Shown here piece by piece: positions 47,337 through 60,924 of a stretch of 64,000 bases of DNA. The DNA lies in the NCBI GenBank assembly GCA_024679065.1, contig JAGIQG010000009.1, forward strand, positions 90,830,001-90,894,000, read 5' to 3'. Made by a program: the position numbers and the translations under genes. The notes below the pieces were generated by a model. That model was not told the DNA's origin. It saw only the letters and a list, made by a program, of their open reading frames with translations, and did not search any database. Source of the stretch: Sphyrna mokarran (lineage: Eukaryota). Positions within the stretch are counted from its first letter, which is position 1, and each line of letters starts with the position of its first letter.

Positions 47337-47989
47337 AACATCTGAATTCATAACATAAAGACCAATAACCACCTTTGAAAATTCCAGCAAAGCTGTCTTC
47401 ACACTCAAGAAGATTGGCAACTATGTCAAAAACACCAGCAATGTGAGAATTAATACCATGAAGACCAGTAATCACCTCAAAAACATCAACAATATAGGAA
47501 TTCACACTATGGAAACTAGTAACCATCTCAACCACTTCATCAAGATAGAACTCATAGCAGGAACATCAGTGACCATCTCAAAAACACAAACTGAGGATTC
47601 ACACTATGGAAACCAATGACGACCTCAAAAATACCAGCAAAGCAATGACTTACACATCATGAAGCTCAGTGACCATCTAAAACATGACAGCAAAATGAGT
47701 GTTCACAACATGAAGTCTGGTAACCATCTCAAAAACATCTGCACAAATTGTGTCTTTGCAGCATGGAGACTAATAATTACCTCAAAAACATCCACATGGG
47801 TTATTCATAGTATGAAGCCCAGAAATCACCTCAAAAACACTTCGAAGATCTATAATCATTTATCATGGAGACAAATAATACTTGAAAAACACCTGCACAG
47901 GTATGTATTCACACTGAAAACCAAAAAGCATCTAAGAAACACCAACACAAGTGGATATTTACACCATTAAGAATAATAACACTTTGAAA

Positions 47990-48962
47990 ACCTTGTGCCA
48001 CGTCCCCAGCGAAGCTTTTCCAGTACAGCTACCATTGGCATTTACTGGCAATGTGGAAAATGCCTGGGTATGCCCTGTATGCAAGAAACAGGACAGATTC
48101 AAACTAGCCAATAATCTCCAACCAGTTTATTCTTGATCATTAGTAAAGTTAAGGAAGAGGGTCATCAACAGCGCCATCAAGTGGTATTTATTCAGCAATA
48201 ACCTGATCACAATGCTCGGTTTGGATTCTGCCAGGATCACTCAGTTTCTGACCTCATTACAGCGTTGTTTCAAACATAGACAAAAGAACTGACTGCCTGA
48301 GGTGAGAGTGACATCAAGACAGCATCAAGTATAGCAACAAAGAAACATGGAAAACTGGAGTCAATGGGAATTGAGAAAGAACCTCTCCACTGGTTGGAAC
48401 CATTATGCTACAATGAACAACTCATCTGCTGACTCCAAAACCCTGTTCAGCACCTACAAAGTATAAAACAGGAATGCAATGGAATATTCTCCACTTGCCT
48501 GGATGAGTGCAGGTCCAGTAACACTCAAGAAGCTTGACACCATCCAGGGCAAAGCATGATTGCTACCCCTTCCACAAACGTTTAACCCCTCCACCATTAA
48601 TGAACAGTGGCAGCAGTGTGTACCATCTACAAGATATGCTACAGCAAGTCATCAAGGTTCCTTAGCACCTTCCAAACTCATGGTCATTACTATTGAGAAG
48701 GAAAGAGCAGCAGATACCTGAGAACATTATCACCTGGAGGACCCCTCCAAGCCACTCACCATCCTGATTTGGAATTTTATCACTTTTCCTTCATTGTTGC
48801 TGATCAAAACCCTGTAATTCTCTCCATTGTGGTGTACCTATACCTTAGGGACTGCACTAGTTTAAGAAGACAGCTCACCACCACCTCCTTAAGGGCAATT
48901 AGGGATGGGAAACAAATGCTGGTCAAACCAGTGATGCCCACATCCCATAAATGAATTAAAAA
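47990..48962 (+). mobile_element. Decayed LINE (family of 1560-4700), 3' portion
   Basis: Homologous in reverse to 1560-2900; ends CCCACATCCCATAAATGAATTAAA. Confidence 0.75.
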
Positions 48963-49321
48963 AACAGCAAAAGTGTATTCATAGCATGGAGGTAAATAGC
49001 CTCCTCAAAAACACCATGGAGATATTGATCATCTCAAAAACACTAGCAGTGGTCAAAGTCCATGCAATGTTGCAGCAGCATTTGCCACAACCTTTCAATT
49101 CATTATTTAGAAATGAGTAGTTTGGTGGACTGGAGAAATGCTAATGTTAGTCCACTGTTTTAAAAAGAGGGGAAAAAATAAACTTAGAAAACAAAGGCCA
49201 ATCAATTGGACACACTCTGGTGAGCATGTTGTTGGAGGCCACCATGAAAGAAAAATATCAACTTTCATTTAGAACTATATCATTTATCAAAGAGAGCAAG
49301 CACCAATTTGTTAAATTGGGA

Positions 49322-49670
49322 GGAATGGTAGCATAGTGACAAAGTTATTGGAATGGTAATCTAGTGGCCCAAGCTGATGCCCTAAGGACATAGATTCAGA
49401 TTTCACCATGGCAGCTGGTGGAATTTAAATTCAGGAATTGGCAGCGTGGCTCATCAAGGTGTTCAGATTGTCGTAAAAACTGATCTGGCTCACTGATGTT
49501 CTTTAGGGAAGGAAAATCTGCAATCCTTACCTGGTCTGACCTACATGTGATTCCAGATCCAGAACATTGTGGTTGACTCTCAATAGCCTTGTAACCCATT
49601 CAGTTCAATGTCAATTAGAGATGGGCAAATAAATACTGGACTTGCTGGCAACACTCATACGTGAAATATG
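49322..49670 (+). mobile_element. tRNA-headed SINE nested in a CR1 remnant (49100-49900)
   Basis: tRNA-like head with a tail shared with the 47990-48962 LINE. Confidence 0.65.
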
Positions 49671-50140
49671 AAAAATGGCAAATTGTGTCTGACTATATTG
49701 ATTTATTCAAATGTCGTAATTGAGAAGTTGATCAAGCTCATGCAGCAGATGTTGTACATACAGATAATTTAAAAAAGTATAGATGAACAAATTTTGGTGT
49801 CATATAAATGAATCATTAAAAAGTGGAACAGTTAGTTCATAAGATAGTTAAGAAAAAAATTAGGATTGTTGAGTTTATAAATTGAGTAGAATATAAAATT
49901 CTAATAGGTGAAGTTACAATTCAAATTGAAGTAGTGATTTAATACTTAATTTTATTCATATGTTTTGCATTAACTGGGAAAGACTGAGTGATTGTTGGAT
50001 TTCAAGATAAATTTTGTTTGTGTGTGTATGTGTCTTTTTATAAATTAATTAATGGGATATGGAAGGCTACCATTTATAGCCTGTCCCTAATTGCCCCTTT
50101 GAAGGTTGTGGTGAATTGCCTTATTGGACTGTCGCATGGT

Positions 50141-51105
50141 ACACAAAGAAGTCTCTCAACACCAGGCTGAAGTCCAATAGGTTTATTTGGTCACACAAGC
50201 CACAAGCTTTTGAAGCGCTGCCCCTTCATCAGGTGAGTAAAGTTCTGTTCACAAACAGGCATATAAAGGCACAAACTCAGTTTATAAAATAATGGTTGGA
50301 ATGCGAGTCTTTACAGGTAATCAGGTCTTAAAGGTACAGACAGTATGAGTGAAGAGAGGGTTAAGCACAGGTTAAAGAGACCAGGACAATTAGTGAGATT
50401 TTGCAAGCCCAGGCAAGTTGTGGGGGTTACAGATAGTGTAGCATGAACACAAGATCTCAATTGAGGCTGTCCTCCATGTGTGCAAAACTTGGCTATCAGT
50501 CTGCTCAGCAACTCTGCGTTATCGTGTGTCATGAAAGTCGCCTCAGAGAACGCTTACTGAAGATCAGAGGCCGAATGCCAGTGACCGCTGAAGTGTTCTC
50601 CAACAGGAAAAGAACACTCTTGCTTGGTGATTGTTGAGTGGTGTTCATTCATCCAATGTTGTAGCACCTGCATGGTTTCCCCAACGTACCATGCCTCAAG
50701 ACATTCTTTCCTGCAGCATATCAGGAAGACAACGTTGCAAGAGTATGTACTGTATACCTGGTGGATAGTGGGATGATGGCATCCACGTTGATGATCTGGT
50801 TCATCGCAGAGATTGCTGTGGTAGGGTTGTGTAGTGTCATGGTCACTGTTGTCCTGAAAGCTGGGTAGTTTGCTGTGGACAGAGATCTGTTTGAGATTGT
50901 GGGGATGGCCTTGGTGAGACGCTTGTCTTCATTGATGACATGTTGAAGTTCCAGCGAAAATGTCGTAGCTTCTGTGCTCCGGGGAAGTACTGGATGACAA
51001 AGGGTACTCTGTTCACCATGTCCCATGTTTGTCTTCTGAGGAGGTCAGTGCAGTTTTTCGTTATGGCACATTGATATCCTGTTCTTATAAGGGCATCTTC
51101 CAGTT
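50141..51105 (-). mobile_element. Penelope-like element (GIY-YIG endonuclease region plus pLTR with hammerhead core)
   Basis: Reverse translation resembles the PLE endonuclease C-terminus (..VGEHFSGH.HSASDL.V..AE..LIAKF.TH..GLN.DL). CTGATGA..AAAGCTT at 50200-50238. Confidence 0.75.
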
Positions 51106-51364
51106 AGACCCGAATCTAATGCCGGCATTTCTGCAGCATGTGGTACACCCAGAGTACAGTTAGACAATTCCAGATCTTGACTAGTGACAGTGAAGGAATG
51201 AGATATAATTACAGCTGAGTATGGTATGTGACTTGGAGGGCAGGTGGCAATGTTCCCAAATGTCTGCTGCCCTTGTCAGTCTAGATGATAGATATTTTTG
51301 GTTTGATAGATGTTACTGAAGTAGACTTGGCTAGCTGCTGCAATGAATCTTGTCAAAAAGTAAA

Positions 51365-51720
51365 AGAGAAAGATTTTTATTTATGTAGCACCTTTCATAA
51401 CCATCTCATGGCACTTTACAGTGAACAAAGTTATTTTGAAGTGTTGAAATGTAGGAAATGTGGCAGTCAATTTGTGCATAGCACACTCCTACAAACAGCA
51501 AATTGATAATGACCAGATAACCTATTGAATGTTAATTGAAGGATAATAATAGCTTAAATGTTAGGTATAATGCTTCTTTGGAATAATTCTATGGGATTTT
51601 TTTCATCCACCTGAGCAAGAAGACTAGAACTTAGTTTAAGTATTTCATTTGAAAGACAACATCTCCCTTAGTTCTGTAATGGAGTGTTAGCTTTGATTTT
51701 GGTGTTTAAGTCATGGAGTG
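51365..51720 (-). mobile_element. Deu-domain SINE (SacSINE1/AmnSINE-like), decayed
   Basis: Recalled resemblance: TTTATGTAGCACCTTTCA..GCACTTTACA..CAAACAGCAA..GATAATGACCAGATAA..CATCCACCTGAG..GAAAGAC. Confidence 0.5.
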
Positions 51721-52949
51721 GAGAGACTGTGGGGAGTATGGTTGTAAAAATAAAAGTTTGTAAGTGTCTAAAGACTAGGCTCCAGTTCTATCCTTCATCT
51801 CCCAGTTAGAACAATAGACCGGATATTCACACCATGACAAGTTACCATTTGAGAAACAGCAGCAAAGAAAAAATTTTCCACAGAGATCAGCAACTGTCTT
51901 TGGAAAGCCAGCACAGGCAATTGTTGGCACCATGGAGATTTATGTCCATTACAAAAAATACCAGCATGGGTAGATTATCCTATGGAAACAACTCAGAAAT
52001 GTCAGCATAATGTAAATTGTCAAAACTTGGAGATCAGGAACCACTCAAAAACTTCAGCAGAGAAAAGGTAAGGATTTGTTCCATTGAATTCAGTAACCAT
52101 CTCAGAAACACCAACATACAAATAATTTTCAAACCATGGAAACCACTATACATAATTAAAAACAACATCATTGAGGCCAGTAACCATCTGACAATCACTG
52201 GAACGTAGAGTATTCACTGGGAATACTCAGTTCCATGGGAACTAATAACTATCTCAAAAATATCAGCACAAGTTTGGTATTATGTGGACAGGAGCATCCA
52301 CTGCAAAAATCATAGAATTGGAAACATATTCACACTAATACATCACTAAACTACTTAATACCCATTACTGCAGGAAGAGGTTTGCTTGGAGAGCAGTATC
52401 TAGCTGTGAAAATGAGACCTGTAGCACTTCATTTCAGCAAAAAAAGCTTGGCTTTTGCTTGGAGATCATGAATCACTTAACGGGTAGGATATTCTCACCG
52501 TAGAAACATTTGATAACCTCAATAACACCAGCACTGTTTGGATATTCGCTGGAAATCAGTTATCACCTCAGAAACACTAACAACTGCAGCTTTTCATACC
52601 ATGGAGACCAGAAACTTCCTCAAAAGGAACCTATTGCCAACATATACACTGATGGCACTGAACTCTATCTTCAAATCCCCTCTATTGTCATATTGTTTTT
52701 CCAACTTCTAATCTTGGATGAGCTTTCATTTCCCTTAGATAAACAGCTAGAATGTTATTTTGGTCAAAAAGATGAAAACAGGTGCTGCACTAATTAAACA
52801 TACTAATGGTCTGGGCTAAATTGGATAAACCCAATATTTATGATTATATACAATAATCCTAGAACCAATACATGTGACGTGACAGCAAACTAACTTCATG
52901 CTGCCTGATCATTTTCATGATTATGGTGTGCAGTCCAGTATTGAATATG

Positions 52950-54115
52950 CTGGTGTTCTACACTTAAGCAAGGAGCCCCAGACTATTTCCCCTTGCCGGC
53001 TTCCCAGTTGATTTTGTTTGTTCCTCGTGTTGGTGCTGTAGGTGTCCAGTAGTGTCAGGATCTTGGCTGTCATTTAGGCTCCGTGTTGGTGTTACCTAAT
53101 TCTGGTTCCAACCAGACCATCTTGAAGGTGAAGGTTTAGTGGTCTTGCAATGCTGAATTAGAAATCCAGAGACCCAGAGTAATAGTCTGGGGACTTAGGT
53201 TCAAAGCTCTTGCATTCCACAATGGGAGTTGATAAGATAGCAGGTTAGTGTGAGATGCAATTGATAATATCTGAGCCAGGATCTAGCATTTCAAGGGCAC
53301 AGATCCTGACAAATTTATGTGATTTACAATTTAATTGAAGGATTGAGAATGTGGGGCTGCAGAATCGGAACCAGAAGCATGTCATCAGCATTGAAAATAG
53401 CATTGCAATTGTTGAGTGCGTCAGAATGAGATTAAACCGAGGAGGAAGAGAGCTTGAAGGATGTGGAGATGGGGTGAAGGAGGTAGTGAATGGGAAGATG
53501 GGTAAAGAATATGGAAATGGGGTGAAGGACAGAAGCAGTGAGATGCTGAATACAGGATGAAAAAAGAGACTCAGAGGGGTGGAGGCAGATGGAGTGAAGA
53601 AGGGGAATATGGTGGTGAGTATGGAGACCGAGGGTTGATAGTAGAGGATATGTGTCTGAAATGGAATAGATGGCCAGATGTACGTGGCTGAGAGGGTCAA
53701 GTACTGTGATTGTAGCATGAAAAGCATGAAACTGTTGTGATCTGACACTTTCATTCCTGCCACTCAGGACATGGAGCCTTCCATTCAGCCTAATCTAAGA
53801 AGACTTTAGTAATGTTATACTGTCATCAATATACTATACAGTATCTTGTCTCATTAAAAAGTTAGAATATTCTAGAAACATGTTTTGTGATCATTAAAAT
53901 GACCCCTTCTCCCTGTCTGTGCTGTCACTGATTTCTATGGCCCTGGCTTTACCTTGATACCATATTCACGATGAAAGCTGTCTTCTCCTTGCCTGGCATC
54001 CAGCATGCTGTGAGGTCCAAGTTCTGCATGCAACGCCTTTTACTGCAGATTCATTAGCCTGTGGAGAAGAGAATTTGGTGTTTGATCTATCCACTTAACA
54101 GGTAGGATTTTTAAA
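52950..54115 (-). mobile_element. Possible Harbinger transposon remnant
   Basis: Weak translated similarity near 53270-53400 (LQLNCKSHKFVRICA..PGS, cf. VQ.VCD..I..V.A..PGS) plus a purine-rich linker. Confidence 0.3.
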
Positions 54116-54688
54116 CGGAGTTTTGTAATTTTTTTTAGATTAGTAATAAATTGTTTGTAAAAGCTGTGACCTATTATGGGTTAAATAATGCACTATTAAA
54201 GTTTATAAATTAACTGTCAATCTATAACACTTAAATGTTTAATATAAAAGATTAGTGTGGGGAGCACTTTATCTTCCTGTCTGGTCCTCAATTCCTCTGC
54301 CTCCTCCAGAACTTCAACTCTCAGATCTCTGCCCGCCTCCAATTACCTTTTATTACGTACAAACATTTCAGGTCTATGATCTTTCATTTACCTGAAATGT
54401 TAGCTCTTTTTTTGTCTTCATGGATACTGTTAAATCTGCTGAGTATTTGCAGCATTTTTTATACCTTCAGTATTTTACTTTTGTGATTCACATTTGCAAA
54501 TCTCTGATGCTGCCATATCCCTCACCAGGTGCCTCTGAACTAGATTCCTTTTCCCTTTCCTAATTTTGAGCTGTTGTGACAAACAATGCATCATGGGTAA
54601 TGTAGTCTGATCAGGAAAAAGGCTTGCAGCACCAGAAGTGCAATGGCGGCAAAATACATAGGGTTGAGCACTATAGAGAGTGGCAGAT

Positions 54689-56097
54689 AAAGAACAAAAA
54701 ACAAAACAGCATGGGAAACAGGCCCTTCGGCCCAATGAGTCTGCGCCGCCACCTCGATGTTCCCACCTCTACCCGTGATCCCTGTCTATGTTTATAGACC
54801 TATGCATTGAAACCAAATTTGAGAGAATTTAGGAAGAATTTGTTCTGCCAATCAGCCTAAGAGCACATCTTTGGGATGTGGGAGAAAACATCTTTGGGAT
54901 GTGGGATGAGGGCCGAAGGGCTTGTTCTGTGCTGTAATATTCTATGAAACCAGAGCACCCAGAGGAAACCCACGCAAGCACGGGGAGAATGCGTAAGCTC
55001 CCACAGACACAGGCCCAAATCTGTGTATCTGCACAGCACAGCGATAGTCACTGAGCTGTCGTGTTGCCCATCAAATGGTCCAGGTCAAGCATACACTATC
55101 AACGTGAAGCACTAGATACTCTCAAAATCCAAGAGCAGCCCCCTCACGACCCATCGCGTGTATGCCTCTTGTTAGACAACAAGGTGGACCAAAGTACCTG
55201 TAGGATAAAATAAATATATCAATATCATTGACAATTTACACACTTCTCAGGGAACTCCCAAGGCTCATAATCCCTAGTTTAAATCAGTTTTCTATATCCT
55301 TCCATTCCCGTTCTGTTCATGTGCCCATCTAAGTATCTCTTAAATAACTCCAGAGTGCCTGCCTCTACCACTTTACTTGGCAGTGCATTCCATATCCCCA
55401 CCACCCTCTGTGTGAAAATACTCCCTCTAGCATTCAAATTATACCTTACCCCCCTCACCCTAAGCCCGTGACCCCTCGTGCTATTTGAGTCCATCCTAGG
55501 AAAAAGCTTAACCCTGTTTACTCTATCTATATCCCTCATAATCTTGTACACCTCTATTAGATCTCCTCTAAGTCTATATCTTTCTAAGGAAAACAGTCCC
55601 AATTTGCCTAACCTCTCCTCGTAACTCAGACCTTCCATACCAGGCAGCATCCTGGTAAACCTTCTCTGCACTCTCTCCAGAGTCTCCACATCCTTCCGGT
55701 AGTAAGGCGACCAGAACCGGATGTAGTATTCCAAATGAGGCCTAACCAATGTTTGGTACAACTGCAACATTAAAGGCCAACTCTTGTACTCTATACCCCT
55801 TCCTATAAAGACTAGCGTACCATGTGCTTTCTTTGCAACCTTCTCCACCTGCTCTGCCACCTTTAGAGACTTGTGCACCTGCACCTCCAGGTCTCTCTGC
55901 GTTTCTATACTCTTAAATAGGTCTACCCTTTATCATATACCTCCCCCCTCCATTCTTTCTCCCGAAATGCATCATCTCGCATTTATCAGGATTGAATTTC
56001 ATCTGCCCAAGCTACCAGCCTATCTATGTCCTGCTGTATCGCCTGACAATGCTCCTCACTATCTGGAAGTCCAGCCATCTTTGTATTGTCTGCAAAA
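54689..56097 (-). mobile_element. 5'-truncated copy of the SINE-tailed CR1 family
   Basis: ORF 55279-55884 ends in YRKLI* as the 8421-13067 copy does, followed by the same ~560-nt 3' UTR including the V-domain. A small CR1-tail insertion with a local duplication lies at ~54885-54945. Confidence 0.9.
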
Positions 56098-56609
56098 GTG
56101 AACAGTTGTGGCAGCACTTCATCCTCATTAATATCCAGTCATTTCTCATGGCACCATGAGAGTGACCTGTGTGTAAACAGTATGTGCCAAATACCAGAAA
56201 AGGGGTAGACCAGTGAACACCAACACAAGGTATTTACCTCATTTTCAACCATGGACACTGGTACATTTAGAAATCCTCCCAAAAAGAAAGAACAGATCTC
56301 ATTGTGTCCATTGTTGGAAGACAGGAAATCCTCCCTGGCTCGTATACTGTTACAGGAGGGAGGGAAAGCAGCCTTGTGCAGAATATTAATCACTTATGCC
56401 GATTAATGGGGTAGTGACATTTATTTTAAAAGTAGCAGAATTAATTCTTGTGTTGGAAGAAGAATGGTGCTTTGGCATTGGCAAAACACATCAGATTCCT
56501 TATCTCAGAGGAATCTGAGATAAATAACACACTTAAGGTGGCAAGCAAAGTTGAGAAAGTGGTTAATAAACTATTGTTTTAATAAACTGTAGTTTTATAA
56601 ATAGAGACA

Positions 56610-57410
56610 TAGGGCCCAATTTTACCATTATGTCATGCAAAAATCGTGGTAAAGCCAGGTGTGAAGCCATTAATGTGATCCGTGCCTGCGTCCGTGCAAA
56701 TTGCCACTTTACTGAAACCCAGGTATGGCTGCAATCCACTTCACACAACGGTGATTTAAATGCATTTGCATGCATTTAGATTGAATTAATGAACTGCCTG
56801 TTCAACTTTATCAACATTTCCCCCTTTACCACCGCATTTGCTAATCCAGGACTTACAGAATAAAAGTCTGAATTGGGCGCTTCAGCTGCTGTAGTGCATT
56901 TAATGTTTCCAACAACTCTCTGACTCAGATCAGTGTTGGGGGGAAGGAGGGAGGTGGGTCATAAGATTCTGTGGTTGGAGGTGAGGGGAGTAAGCCCAGA
57001 CTGTTGTCTGCTTGGAGAGGGGAAGGAGAAGGAGGCAAGTCAGATGTAACTCTGGTGGGTGGGGGAAGGGTGAATTGTCTGGCTTGTGGGGGGAGTTAAT
57101 CATTGTCTGGTGGTGAGGGGGGAGAGTTGTTCATTATCTCGTGGTAAAGGGGGGAGGGCTGATTGTTGTCTGGTAGTGGGGCGGCTGATTGTTTTCTGGT
57201 GGGGAGTGAGGATGAGGCGGGTCAGATGCCCCTCTGTGGGGGGTGGTGGGTGTGAGTGAGGCCAGACCATTCTCTGGGGCAGGGGGGTGGAGTGAGGCCA
57301 GATCGTTGTCTGGGGGTGGGAAAGGAGGGTACGATATATCTCTGATGGGGGGGAGGCCTGATTGCTCACTGGTGGGGAGGAAGAGCAGATGTATCACTGG
57401 TGGGGGAGTC
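56610..57410 (+). repeat. MITE-like start followed by a G-rich degenerate minisatellite
   Basis: GGGCCCAATTTTACC start; repeated gattgttgtctggtgggg units. Confidence 0.45.
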
Positions 57411-58964
57411 CACTCTACAAGTGATCGGTTATTACAACTAAGTGAGAAGGGATAAACTGAGTTGCCTATATTCAATAAAGGTTTGAGCTTCCTTTTTATC
57501 AAGTATGTCATTTCCAATCGGAATGCATTCTAATATTTAAGCTGTGAGCAAAAAAGAGCCAATCAAACAAGGTTTTCTTCAGGACAAAGAGGAGCAAATT
57601 TATTATTCACCCTAGAAAAATTAATAAAAATGCATATTAAGAATTCAGCGCTCACAGCGATGTGCGTTATCATTCCACCTACCTGCCACCCCCCCCAAAC
57701 CTACCTACACACATCCACACCATACATGCCCAAACACATACACAGGTATCAAAGACAAGGTGAGTTAGAGTCCAATACAAGTAAACAAATATATGGCTAA
57801 GCATCCTTTGAACATTTTTGCAGTATAGATTTTAAATGTAGCTGGCTTCTCAGATGCAGTCAGGTGTAGAAGATGCTTCAGTTATAAAATCTCAGTTCAT
57901 AGGTAGGTTACTGTTAAAGTTGGCCCACATTTATTTCAATAGAGGGAGAAAGTCCAGCTGTCAGCCTGTTTCCGCTGCAGAAAACTTTCTTGATACTTGC
58001 GATCTCACTCTCTAGTGGTTTGTTAAGACAGTACTTAAAACATTGCTGGCTGTAGGTTCTGGAAAAATTCAATTGCCATGCCAATAAGAGATGGGATTTA
58101 CATACTCTCCAGGGGATTTGAGAGTCTGTTCCTTTCCATCACACTTGGGTGGAATGGACATTGTATTTTGTGTTGCCTGAAAATCTGATTTAATCCCACA
58201 TCAGAACTTTACAGAGGCTATGACATGGGAACACCAGACATAAGGGTGCCTGTGGCAGTCATCTTTAGTCAGTGTCTTTTCTTGTCTTTAAAATTTACTT
58301 TTTAAAGTAAAGTTCAGTACTTGTTTGGTCAGCTAGTTAAATTATAGATCAATCTCACTTATATACAAGTCATGTCATTGTAATATAGCGTTGCTTGTCT
58401 GAAGAAAACTTTGATCAGCAATTTAAGTCAGGAACTAAGCAAAGATTGGGAACTGGCATGGAAAGACCAACTCAAATTCAAAGCTGGGTACTTTGGAGAA
58501 AAATATTTTTGAGACTTTTTGCTTTTGGATTTGACAGTAACTCTGAAGCTAAACAGGTCAATGTATTACTCCATAAGAACAGTGGTAGATGAAGTGTTCC
58601 TAAGAGCATCATTGAGATCTCAGATAAATTTAACAAATTCTTAAAAGCCTTCAAGAAGTATTTTAACCTGAGGAGCAATCAGATTCTGAGAAGAGCCAAA
58701 TTCAAAAGGATTGAGAAATCAGGTGAACTAGTGAATGAAATTATTACTGATTTTTCCAGGCTGGTTGAAGAATGCAAATATGGAAACAAAAAACAGAATT
58801 ACTATGGCTACAATGTGGTTCCAATGTTACTGATGAATCCCTATCAGACTTACTGTAATCTAAGGAAGACCTCATTTAAAAAAAATACAGCTGGTGAGAC
58901 AAATAGAGATTTGTAAACAGAATAAGGAAATACTAAGGCAAAAAAAAAACTTTGGTTTTTAGAA

Positions 58965-59345
58965 AATAAGAACAGGAGTAGGTCATTCAGATGTTCAAGC
59001 CACTTTAGATTCATATTGTTATGACTTATCAAACTCCTGCTTGCTCCCCATATTTCATGGTGCCTTTTGTATCTAGAAATCTATTTCCTTCATAAATATA
59101 TTCAATGATTTGGCCTTTATAGCCCCTATGGGAGAGAATTCCACAGGTTCATCACCTTCTGAATTAAGCAATTTCTCCTTATGTCAGTCCTTAATGGTCT
59201 ACGCTGAGTCATCAGATCGTGACCTTCTGTTTTAGAAACCCTAGCTAGAGGAAGCATCATCCCGCATCCAGTCTCTCAAGCCCTGTCAGAAATTTACAGG
59301 TTTCAATGAACTTCTCTCTCATTCTTCTATTAAGTAAATACAGAC
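58965..59345 (-). mobile_element. CR1 3' fragment in Gypsy
   Basis: Reverse CR1 tail and ORF2 end. Confidence 0.65.
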
Positions 59346-60204
59346 AAACCTCCAATGAGCATATACTTCCTTAAGTCCATAGGAAGCATCCAAAACTAAG
59401 CTACAATATGGAGGGAAGTATAAGACACCATTAATCCCTACGAATATTGTGGCACCAGAAAGACTACAGTATCTTGAAAATATTGCAGAATGCTTCCTCA
59501 GCAGAAGCATTTGCCAGTTTAGGGAGATGTGCCAAATTAAAACCTTTAATTTTACAGGTGACAGGTACATAGGGCTATTTTATGAAGATGAAGGATACGA
59601 TAAACATTGTGTATTCTATAGAAGCAGATATTCTCTCTTTTAATTCAAAAAGCTTGTAGACTTAAGTAGCCTTCCTGAATTCATTTATTGGTCTGGGAAG
59701 ACTTAAAATTGAATATAGCATTACTTAGTGAAAGTATGCTGAACCTGTGTGTCTTTTCACACCCCATTAATGCAACAGAGCTATCTACAGCCAGAAGAGA
59801 GGACCAGAATGCAAGTCATCTCAGTGGTCTTAAGCTTATAGAGTGGTGCTCTTTGGATGAGAAGTCAAAATTATTAATGACCTTCATTACTCAGTTCAGG
59901 AGATTTTATTTTAATTATTTACCATTTGGTATAACTTCAGTGCAGAAAGTTTTCACCAAACTATATCTTCCATTTTACAGGACCTCAGAAGAGTAATATG
60001 TTACATAGATGTCATCTTAATCTAAGGTGCAGCTGTCGAATATATGAACAGAGGATTAAAGTGGTTTTAAACCTAAAGCCTACAGGAAGAAGGCTTTTAA
60101 TGAAATGTGTGAATTCTCAAAAATATCCCAAAATTTCCCAATTTCTTGAACATAATTAACAACCCAATTTCTTAATTTCCCAAAAATTTTTGAATTCTGA
60201 ATAA

Positions 60205-60924
60205 GCTAGGAGTCTTAGCTGTGTTGTAGAGCAGAAGGATCTTGGGGTCCAGGTCCATAGGACTCTTAAATCGGCCTCGCAGGTGGAGGAAGTGGTCAAG
60301 AAGGCGTATGGTGTACTAGCCTTCATTAATCGAGGAGTTGAGTTTAGGAGTCAGGAGGTAATGATACAACTTTATAAGACCCTTGTCAGACCCCACTTGG
60401 AGTACTGTGCACAGTTCTGGTCGCCTCACTATAGGAAGGACGTAGAATCTATTAAAAGAGTGCAGAGGAGATTTACAAGGATGTTGTCTGGATTGGGAGG
60501 CATGCCTTATGAAGATAGGTTGAGGGAGCTGGGACTCTTCTCCCTGGAGAGACGTAGGTTGAGAGGCGACCTGATAGAGGTTTATAAAATGTTGAGAGGA
60601 ATAGATAGGGTGGACTCTCAGAGACTATTTCCCGAGCTGAAATGGTCACTACGAGAGGACACAGATTTAAGGTGCAGGGAAGCAAATACAGAGGGGATGT
60701 TAGGGGTAAGTTTTTCACTCAGAGGGTGGTGAATGAATGGAATCGGCTGCCGTCGGAGATGGTAGAGGCGAACTCACTGGGGTCTTTTAAAAGACTTCTG
60801 GATGAGTATATGGAACTAATGGGATAGGGGGTTATAGATAGGTCTGTGGATTGGTAGGTATAGATGTGATCTGTGCAACTCGTAGGCTGAAGGGCCTGTT
60901 TGTGCTGTAGTGTTCTATGTTCTA
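60205..60924 (+). mobile_element. Young CR1 3' fragment
   Basis: ORFs 60283-60732 and 60642-60827 (LYKTLVRPHLEYCAQFWSP..FFTQRVV); (TTCTATG) tail. Confidence 0.9.

Larger units (their letters stand above)
42735..52630 (+). repeat. ~51-bp minisatellite, fragmented by TE insertions (blocks 42735-43745, 46405-46500, 47340-47990, 48960-49050, 51820-52630)
   Basis: Consensus is approximately GTGGATATTCACACCATGAAGACCAGTAACCACCTCAAAAACACCAGCAAG. Confidence 0.85.

Noticed and set aside
53245-53763. 172-aa hydrophobic/Pro-Ser-rich ORF
   Set aside because: It derives from a purine-rich low-complexity tract within a probable transposon remnant.
57541-58380. 5' LTR of the adjacent Gypsy element
   Set aside because: It looks LTR-like, but its poly(A) signal suggests the opposite orientation. 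I could not find a PBS, a second LTR or a TSD, so it was left uncalled.
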